Below, one piece after another: positions 1 through 5,773 of a stretch of 11,441 bases of DNA. The notes below the pieces were generated by a model. That model saw nothing but the letters and a program-made list of their open reading frames with translations, was not told where the DNA came from and made no database searches. Position 1 is the first letter of the stretch; the number at the start of each line of letters is the position of its first letter. Origin of the DNA: a virus (lineage: Duplodnaviria > Heunggongvirae > Uroviricota > Caudoviricetes); IMG/VR virus record IMGVR_UViG_3300023487_000022; one strand, 5' to 3'. The translations under genes and the position numbers were made by a program.

Positions 1-40
1 TGATGTCACGCTGAAAATGCCGGCCTTTGAATGGGTTCAT
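1..40 (-). CDS. tnpA: IS26 transposase, first 13 codons only (cut by window edge)
   Basis: ATG at 40..38 on the minus strand, reading MNPFKGRHFQRDI, 38 bp inside the terminal IR. Confidence 0.85.
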   Translation of the reverse strand, partial: MNPFKGRHFQRDI

Positions 41-103
41 GTGCAGCTCCATCAGTAAAAGGGGATGATAAGTTTATCACCACCGACTATTTGCAACAGT
101 GCC
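1..103 (-). mobile_element. IS26 (IS6 family) terminal 103 bp; the element continues beyond the window start
   Basis: Reverse complement of 90-103 is GGCACTGTTGCAAA, the IS26 terminal inverted repeat. Reverse complement of 1-40 is ATGAACCCATTCAAAGGCCGGCATTTTCAGCGTGACATCA, the start of the IS26 transposase gene. Recognised from memory of the IS26 sequence, not from a search. Confidence 0.88.
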
Positions 104-152
104 CTTTTCTCTCCTGGCCTTCAGCAAGACCCAGCACCAATGAAGTATTCAT
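104..152 (-). pseudogene. 5' fragment of a gene truncated by the IS26 insertion
   Basis: Minus-strand ATG at 152..150 preceded by GGAG 5 nt upstream. It reads MNTSLVLGLAEGQERK and runs straight into the IS26 IR at 103. It sits directly downstream of a copy of the Y-type upstream module, as the intact ORF at 313-642 does. Confidence 0.4.
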
Positions 153-159
153 CACCACT

Positions 160-226
160 CCGTAAACAAATTGTTTTCTCAATGGCGTAAATAATACCAG
201 TGTAAAAACGGCTACAAAGCATATTG
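160..226 (-). promoter_or_regulatory. Y-type conserved upstream module, copy 1, with AAACAAATTGTTTT dyad at 164-177
   Basis: About 80% identical by eye over about 67 bp to 651-717; both copies lie immediately upstream (minus strand) of a start codon. Confidence 0.55.
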
Positions 227-312
227 CTCAGGCACATGAATTATCTAAAGGTGGTTCTTCCCTGCGGCTACAGAGAAGTTAAGCCAGCAGGCGGTGCTGG
301 CTTTGGTTGGGC

Positions 313-642
313 TTACGCGAATAACTCAAGGAATTCCTGCACGTCCCAATGCTGGACAAGGTGAAGATAGAGCTTAGAAATCACGTCATTCTCGCTATCG
401 CATGTGAAGTAGTACTTCTGGCTGCGGTTGTATGTGTCCACACAAAATTCGCTCATATCCATAAAGTCAGCATCTTCACCCATGTCGCAAATAATCAAAG
501 CAGGAGCATCATCACGAGTCATCAGCTCAAGCACCCAGCGCGAATTGATCAGCGTGGAAGACCAACCTTCTAACTCATAAAACTGGTCAAACTCTTTTTG
601 AGTCATTTTCTTGATTTGGTTGATGTCGATATTTGCAAACAT
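313..642 (-). CDS. Hypothetical small acidic protein (109 aa)
   Basis: ORF-track frame 313..708; start chosen at the internal ATG at 642 because AAGGA lies 7 nt upstream. Product MFANIDINQIKK...; by hand count about 21 D/E versus 8 K/R. No family recognised. Confidence 0.65.
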   Translation of the reverse strand: MFANIDINQIKKMTQKEFDQFYELEGWSSTLINSRWVLELMTRDDAPALIICDMGEDADFMDMSEFCVDTYNRSQKYYFTCDSENDVISKLYLHLVQHWDVQEFLELFA

Positions 643-650
643 AAAGCAAT

Positions 651-717
651 CCTTAAACATGTTGTTTTCTGAATTTCGTAAACAATACCAGTAAGAAAAC
701 GGCCACAAAGTATATCG
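651..717 (-). promoter_or_regulatory. Y-type conserved upstream module, copy 2, with AAACATGTTGTTTT dyad at 655-668
   Basis: Direct repeat of 160-226; abuts the RBS and ATG of the 313-642 CDS. Confidence 0.55.
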
Positions 718-781
718 TTACGGTGCTGCGCTGCCCCGGAGGTTAATAGCGACAAAAGCCACCGTGCTGGTGGTCTCACTC

Positions 782-1000
782 TTAATCTTCGTCGTCCGGG
801 AACTCGCTGTGTACCGCGTCCACCAGCTCCCGCTTTTCATCTTCACTAAGCAGGTGCCAGATATCCTTCCCTTTGGGCGATTCCCCTTCTACCGGGACGA
901 ACGACCACAACTTGCGGTACAACTCCGGCCCCACTGCATCCAGACACTCAGCCAGGGAATCCACACCCCACACCTCAACCGTCACAGGCATCTTAATCAT
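782..1000 (-). CDS. Hypothetical small acidic protein (72 aa)
   Basis: ATG at 1000 with GAGGA 7 nt upstream. Product MIKMPVTVEVWGVDSLAECLD...EFPDDED; about 18 D/E versus 7 K/R by hand count. Confidence 0.7.
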   Translation of the reverse strand: MIKMPVTVEVWGVDSLAECLDAVGPELYRKLWSFVPVEGESPKGKDIWHLLSEDEKRELVDAVHSEFPDDED

Positions 1001-1032
1001 CTCTTCATCCTCACTTCGTTTATATAACGTCT

Positions 1033-1088
1033 AAACATGTTGTTTACTTATTGGTGTTATTGTCGCAATAAGACAAAGGAGAAAAAGG
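1033..1088 (-). promoter_or_regulatory. X-type conserved upstream module, copy 1 (AAACATGTTGTTTA dyad 1033-1046; TTATTG-TCG-CAATAA dyad 1057-1071)
   Basis: About 80% identical by eye to 3801-3856; both lie immediately upstream of minus-strand start codons (1000 and 3788). Confidence 0.55.
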
Positions 1089-1387
1089 ATTTTATGTCGT
1101 GAAAGCCAGGCTGGGCAGTGAATATCCGGGAACGACACGGGAACCAGTATTTACGATATTCTGCTCTACGCGCGCCGCAGGGCTGGTGGGCAGAATTTTC
1201 TTCTCCCCGAAAACCTACTGAAATCGCTTGAGACCCGAGGATGGTCTGGCAGAATGGAGTTCAGCAGCTGCACGAGAGGGAACGACACTCCCTCGCGATT
1301 TTCAGGCGAGCGAAGAGCAAGGCGCACTCCCGAAGATTTCCCGCACTGCTCCCGCAGTCGTCCCTCGCTCTGTACCGGGATGTACCC

Positions 1388-1513
1388 GTTTCCCGACCGG
1401 CAGCCAGCCTTTTCCCGGTTCGTATAGCGGGATTCCCACCGTTTCCCTGAAAAACCTCCAGCCTTTTCCCTGCGGCGACGTTCCCGTTCCTGAAAAGGGA
1501 CATGGCTTTTCCC
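1388..1513. repeat. Array of about 7 degenerate direct repeats with TTTCCC core, roughly 21 bp period
   Basis: TTCCC cores at about 1390, 1412, 1433, 1443, 1466, 1481 and 1509. Three copies share AGCCTTTTCCC-G (1407-1418, 1460-1471, 1504-1516). Confidence 0.5.
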
Positions 1514-2588
1514 TGGATGGCTCGAAGGCTGACCGAAGGGGTGGATAGGGACGTTACGGGGGATGAAAACTATGGCTTGAATTTATACGAAGAAAGTGGC
1601 GATACCCCTCCTTCCCTTCCCACTTATACCTCCCACGAATTTTCTCTCTTATGTGGGCATAAACCTTCTCTCTGATAACGCTCAATACGGCGACTATTCC
1701 TGTGGGTGAAATGGGTGGTTTGTTCTTTCTACCGGCATATGTGGTTTCGTTCTTCTTGAGGTGGTTCTTCTCTGTGTTTTCGTCAGGGTTGTTCTCGTTG
1801 TTTTGGTGATTGTTCTTCTCTGTGTATGGAGTAATGGCAGGTGGGCGATTCCTTTCGTTATTGTATTTGAGTTGTTTGTCTTGAGAGCGTGAAAGGCTTT
1901 TGTGGTTATTTGTGTATTGAGTAATGGCGTTTCCCCGCGAATGTTCTGTTTCGTGTCTTTGGGGATTGAGGGAGTCCTTGCGGTAACAGGCTTCGTTAGA
2001 GTTTCAGTGGTTCTGGTGTTTATTCGCTGTTTGGGGAATGGCGTGTAGTGGGTATCGCATGTATGAATGTTTCGAGTTGCCTGTGAAAGTTAGGTTGGTT
2101 GTCCGGTAGCCTGGGAAGAAGAGGTGGGTCTTTTCAGTAGCCTGCCATAAAGAGGTTGGTTGTTTTTGGGAATGTGGGTAATGGCGTCTCTGGGTTTCCT
2201 GTGGGTGTGGTTAGCTTGTTTTCTTGTGTCTGAAAACAACTTGTTTAGATGTCCAATATAACGCAACGGGAGCGCTTCTGAGCGTGTCTGTTTTTGGGTG
2301 GTATCACGAGTCGTTTTTGACGTTTTGGTCGCAGGGAGATGGATTCTGGTACGCTGGATTTGGGTATAAGAGATGGCGTGCGAAAACATCAACTTTTTAG
2401 ACCAAATCAGGGGAAAGCGTTGACTTTACGTTGATGTGTTATTTATTTGTTTTCTTATGGGTGTAATTGGCTTAAATGCCTTGTCACGCCTGGGATTGAG
2501 TGGGGTAGGGTGGTGGGGAAAGTGGCGATCAACGGACTCTTATAGAAATCCTCAATTTGTGACCGCCAATATCAACGAGCTGCAGCCG

Positions 2589-3158
2589 TTAGTTGTTCAG
2601 ATAGGCATCCGGAACGCGCACATAAAAGTTTCTTTCGCCGGTCAGTTCCAGAGTAACGTTTATGTCGTTGCCGTTATCCAGCGTAGCCGTCGCTTTATAG
2701 AACTTGTCCGTCACCTTGTCCTGAATTGTCACCTTCATACATTTCGGCGCTGTGGTTCCGTTATTCTCTTTCAGAATGGTCGTTACGAGAGGACAAGCCG
2801 CTTCTTCAAGAGCAACCTCTTCCTGGTGTGGGATACCGATGAAGATGTTACCAGCAAGCAACGCGACGATTACGATAAAAGGAAGTCGACTGCCTTTTGT
2901 AACGGTGGCACGTTTCCAGAGATAGACCGGAAGGAGAAATACTCCCCACAGGATGGCCGGTGGTTCATACCCTGCATCAGACAATGCCATTCTGTCAGCC
3001 ACCAGAAAGCCGAGTCCAGCGACTCCACCTATCACTATTGCATAATTCAAATACTCATCTGGCGGTGCTCCAAAGAAGAGAGGCAGTAAAGCTAGAAGCC
3101 ACGCATAAGCATTATTCAGAGGTTTTGTTTGTTGGTTCTGGGTTTCCATCACATCCAT
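2589..3158 (-). CDS. Hypothetical membrane protein (189 aa), hydrophobic N-terminal half and soluble C-terminal domain
   Basis: ORF track; hydrophobic stretches (WLLALLPLFF, AIVIGGVAGLGFLV, ILWGVFLLPVYLW, FIVIVALLAGNIFIGI). Start uncertain between ATG 3158 and ATG 3149; RBS weak. The overlapping plus-strand ORF 2436-3089 has a non-protein-like composition. Confidence 0.65.
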   Translation of the reverse strand: MDVMETQNQQTKPLNNAYAWLLALLPLFFGAPPDEYLNYAIVIGGVAGLGFLVADRMALSDAGYEPPAILWGVFLLPVYLWKRATVTKGSRLPFIVIVALLAGNIFIGIPHQEEVALEEAACPLVTTILKENNGTTAPKCMKVTIQDKVTDKFYKATATLDNGNDINVTLELTGERNFYVRVPDAYLNN

Positions 3159-3234
3159 TCCATCAGATTAAAAAGCGGTACTATGTTACCAATTTTCTTC
3201 GCTTATATGACATGATTACTCAACGAGTGGGCGA

Positions 3235-3555
3235 TCACCATTCCCATGCAGGTAGCCCATCCACCAGCTCGGCGTCGCAATCGAAGTGAACCACGTCAAA
3301 GCCGTCATCCAGTATGGTCTGTATGTTGGAGATCGCCTCTTGGGAAATGCCGTACTCACGCAGTTCTTCCTTCCAGTCATTCCCTCGCATTCCAGCACGA
3401 ACAATCCAGCCGTACTGTGTACCGTGTACCCAATTCAACCCGCGATCAGTAAGTGGGTCGAAGCAGGCAATGGGTAGCCGTTCTGAATCCGCTGCCGTTA
3501 CGTGGGCGGTGCTGATCACCGCCGTCTTATACGATTCGGTGATTTTCAGCATCAT
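3235..3555 (-). CDS. Hypothetical acidic protein (106 aa), translationally coupled to the upstream gene
   Basis: ATG at 3555 overlaps the TGA of the 3552-3788 CDS (ATGA overlap); AAGGAG upstream. About 18 D/E versus 8 K/R by hand count. Confidence 0.72.
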   Translation of the reverse strand: MMLKITESYKTAVISTAHVTAADSERLPIACFDPLTDRGLNWVHGTQYGWIVRAGMRGNDWKEELREYGISQEAISNIQTILDDGFDVVHFDCDAELVDGLPAWEW

Positions 3556-3788
3556 GCCTTCTCCTTTGGAAACAGAATGTTGGCCGTGTCAGAAATGACA
3601 TCCCAATTCACGCCGACGCTGGTGTCATGGCACTCTTTGATTTTTCGCAAAACCTGAACGCACTGTTCGTCAGTCAGGTCTGGTCGCACTTCACCTACAT
3701 CTTCCTTGTGCCACATCACCATCAGCAGCGGCTCGTCTTCTGGGTAGTTCTCCAGCTTTTCGATGATGTCTTTTGCGGTTCCGAACAT
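3552..3788 (-). CDS. Hypothetical small acidic protein (78 aa)
   Basis: ATG at 3788 with AAGGAG 6 nt upstream; the track start at 3806 is a TTG that contains this SD. Product MFGTAKDIIEKLENYPEDEPLL... Confidence 0.72.
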   Translation of the reverse strand: MFGTAKDIIEKLENYPEDEPLLMVMWHKEDVGEVRPDLTDEQCVQVLRKIKECHDTSVGVNWDVISDTANILFPKEKA

Positions 3789-3800
3789 GATCAACTCCTT

Positions 3801-3856
3801 AAACAATTTATTTTCTTATTTGTGTTATTATCTCAAATAACAAAAGGTAGAAAACA
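3801..3856 (-). promoter_or_regulatory. X-type conserved upstream module, copy 2 (GTTATT-N6-AATAAC dyad 3824-3841; AAACA/TGTTT-like dyads at 3801-3814 and 3851-3865)
   Basis: Homologous to 1033-1088; lies between the 3874-4140 and 3552-3788 genes. Confidence 0.55.
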
Positions 3857-3873
3857 AAATGTTTAAGGGATGA

Positions 3874-4140
3874 CTAGGTGAGTTTGAAGTCGTCTATGTC
3901 ATCAACAAACTCCATATACCTGGCTTCGACACTCGACAATCTGATCAGATACGCAAGCCCGTAACTTAGTGAAGTGGGTTGCTCCAGCACAAATTCGAAC
4001 CCATCCTCATGCGTTTTACCAAGCCAGAACCCCCCACCGTATTCTTTTTCACGTTGGAAGAAAACGAACTGTCCGGGTATTAGGTGCTTGAGTGCTTCGC
4101 CCCTATAGACGATCACATATTTAGAATTCTTGCTGCCCAT
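3874..4140 (-). CDS. Hypothetical protein (88 aa)
   Basis: ORF-track frame 3874..4197; start chosen at ATG 4140 because GAGG lies 6 nt upstream, while the ATG at 4197 has no SD. Confidence 0.6.
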   Translation of the reverse strand: MGSKNSKYVIVYRGEALKHLIPGQFVFFQREKEYGGGFWLGKTHEDGFEFVLEQPTSLSYGLAYLIRLSSVEARYMEFVDDIDDFKLT

Positions 4141-4228
4141 TGCTCGCCTCGCAATACTGTACATATAAACAGTATTATTTATTACGGTACTGGTCAACTT
4201 TACGGGTTAATTGAATAACAAGATGGTG

Positions 4229-4243
4229 AAAACAATTTGTTTT
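4229..4243. promoter_or_regulatory. Perfect 15 bp palindrome AAAACAATTTGTTTT in a divergent promoter region; candidate operator
   Basis: Seven-base arms around a central T, between the minus-strand start at 4140 and the plus-strand start at 4328; the strongest copy of the recurring AAACA-N-TGTTT dyad. Confidence 0.5.
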
Positions 4244-4327
4244 GGCACTTGAGATTTTGCAAATCGCACCTACATGGAAAACGGCAATTTTTGAAACCTG
4301 ATTTGACCCATGTGAAAGGAGGAAACG

Positions 4328-4531
4328 ATGAAGACCTATGATCGCAACCGTAACGCTATCACTACCGGCAGCCGAGTGATGGTGGCAACGAATGGTGCAA
4401 CGGGAGTCATCAAGGAAATCTGCGGAGAAGGCAAATCAGAAGAACAATTACGCCGCTCTGACTGCGTGTCTATCGAAGGTGTGGAAGGTCTATTCTGCCC
4501 AATGGATTTGGTTCGCCTGGGGTTCCATTAA
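4328..4531 (+). CDS. Hypothetical small protein (67 aa); candidate regulator
   Basis: ATG at 4328 with AGGAGG SD 5 nt upstream. It is the only plus-strand gene in the island and is transcribed divergently from the palindrome at 4229-4243. Confidence 0.72.
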   Translation: MKTYDRNRNAITTGSRVMVATNGATGVIKEICGEGKSEEQLRRSDCVSIEGVEGLFCPMDLVRLGFH

Positions 4532-4558
4532 TTTCACCATCTATAAAACAAATTGTTT

Positions 4559-4579
4559 AAGGCCACAACTAGTGGCCTT
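4559..4579. terminator. GC-rich inverted repeat AAGGCCAC-AACTA-GTGGCCTT between convergent genes; possible bidirectional terminator
   Basis: 8 bp stem, 5 nt loop. The T-rich tract on the minus-strand side is offset by about 6 nt, so terminator function is uncertain. Confidence 0.4.
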
Positions 4580-4586
4580 ATCTGGC

Positions 4587-5285
4587 TTACGGAACAGCGG
4601 TAATCAGATCGCAAATGCCTGTTTTAGTTAAATCACTATTCAGCTTCTGAAAATTGGCATTCAGCATTGCGGTATGTATTCGATTCTCAAGTTCAAAGAA
4701 GAGACCGATCTTGCCCTCTTTGGCTGCCACCTTCTTCCAAATATTCACCTGGTCATCTGCGATACGACTTGCGCAGGTGAACAAGAACGAACTCCCTCTG
4801 GGAAGGGATGTCGTGCTGTAGTATTCACCGTCAACTTCAATATACTTAGCTCGGAATGACTCCAGAGTTAGCTTTTTACCGCTCTCAGCCTGCTTTGTGT
4901 CTGCCTTGCTTGTCTTTTCCTGAACTTCAGGCTGTTTCTGCACAGGCTTTGGTGTCTCATTGACCACCGCAGTGCTGGCCGAACCATCCAAACTCTTGAG
5001 GCCATTAATTTGGATTAGATAAGCCAACTCCAGAGCCTTATCACCAGTGAGTTTTCCACGCATACTTACCCATTGACGCTGAACCGTCTTTAAGGCGTCT
5101 GCGTCCCCCGGGTTTGCTTTGAGTGCGTTGGAATAGGTAGAGCTAAGTTGTTCGTCTAATTTTGACAGGCGTTCGTTATCGCAGATTTTGTGTTCGATTT
5201 CTGCCGAAGCCTTTTGGCAGTCAAAGCTGGCTGCAAATACAGCCGGCGATGCCACCAACAATGATGCCAGTAGGATATTTTTCAT
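4587..5285 (-). CDS. Secreted protein with DUF1311 (LprI-like) N-terminal domain (232 aa)
   Basis: ATG at 5285 with GGAG upstream. Signal peptide MKNILLASLLVASPAVFA with an AXA-type cleavage site, followed by the Cys/Leu pattern FDCQKASAEIEHKICDNERLSKLDEQLSSTYSNALKA...QRQWVSMRG, which matches DUF1311 from memory. C-terminal domain unassigned. Confidence 0.78.
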   Translation of the reverse strand: MKNILLASLLVASPAVFAASFDCQKASAEIEHKICDNERLSKLDEQLSSTYSNALKANPGDADALKTVQRQWVSMRGKLTGDKALELAYLIQINGLKSLDGSASTAVVNETPKPVQKQPEVQEKTSKADTKQAESGKKLTLESFRAKYIEVDGEYYSTTSLPRGSSFLFTCASRIADDQVNIWKKVAAKEGKIGLFFELENRIHTAMLNANFQKLNSDLTKTGICDLITAVP

Positions 5286-5323
5286 ATTCACTCCATAAAT
5301 ATAAAAGCGCCTGACTATAGCAC

Positions 5324-5539
5324 TTAACCAATTGCTTCTCTCATCTGATTGTGAAGCTCTTTCAGCCCATCACGTACCGCGTTCATGATACGTTCCAGGG
5401 ATTGGTATCTGGGGTTTGGCACTGTTGGCCAACCGGCATACCACGGATCGTCACCAAACAGACTCAGCAGTTCGTTACCGACACCGAAACAGCAGCAACT
5501 TTCTTTTACGTCATCAGCGTTTTCTGCCTCGTCCCACAT
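5324..5539 (-). CDS. Hypothetical protein (71 aa), possibly the C-terminal remnant of a longer disrupted gene
   Basis: ORF track; in the same frame as 5774-6505 but separated from it by stops. The frame is open upstream of the ATG as far as 5626. Confidence 0.4.
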   Translation of the reverse strand: MWDEAENADDVKESCCCFGVGNELLSLFGDDPWYAGWPTVPNPRYQSLERIMNAVRDGLKELHNQMREAIG

Positions 5540-5773
5540 ATTGCGGGCCTGCTCTGCGTCGATTTCTCTCTCTCCCTGCGCAACTTTATGATTTCGGATT
5601 TGACGAAAAGCAGGTTTGCGTCGTTGTCATCGTCGACCGTACTGAAGTGGCACACTGAATTTGGCCGTCTGTAATGGGCAGATCCGGCAACTGTTTAAAA
5701 ACATCCATCTGCTCATGGATACGCAGAAACCACCTTGCCAGCTCCATCTGCTCACCGCGGGTGAGGAGATTAT

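Noticed and set aside
313-708. Longer 131 aa version of the first acidic protein starting at 708.
   Set aside because: The N-terminal 22 codons have no RBS and run through the conserved upstream module, whereas the internal ATG at 642 has AAGGA correctly spaced.
757-764. Chi sites (GCTGGTGG), also at about 1172 and 11066, plus reverse-orientation copies near 820 and 3261.
   Set aside because: The count is within what is expected by chance for 11 kb of enterobacterial DNA, with no orientation bias I could support.
1228-1548. Plus- and minus-strand ORFs (1228-1548, 1241-1450, 1261-1503) in the GC-rich block.
   Set aside because: Products are low-complexity Pro/Arg/Gly/Ser-rich, lack an RBS and overlap each other in three frames. 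They are more consistent with structured non-coding DNA.
2195-2215. F-like oriT nick region suggested by GTGGGTGTGG.
   Set aside because: Only a short G/T-rich resemblance, with no adjacent relaxase-binding inverted repeats and no transfer genes in the window. Not enough to call an oriT.
2090-2392. Minus-strand 100 aa ORF in the GT-skewed segment.
   Set aside because: The product is Thr/Gln/Arg/Lys-rich low complexity, as expected from translating the CA-rich strand, with no RBS.
2436-3089. Plus-strand 217 aa ORF.
   Set aside because: It overlaps the minus-strand membrane-protein gene almost entirely. Its product is Arg/Cys/His-rich with no hydrophobic core pattern and no RBS, so the minus-strand frame is preferred.
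4246-4262. Sigma-54 promoter suggested by TGGCAC followed by TTGCA.
   Set aside because: The GG-to-GC spacing is about 13 nt rather than the required 10, so it does not fit the -24/-12 geometry.
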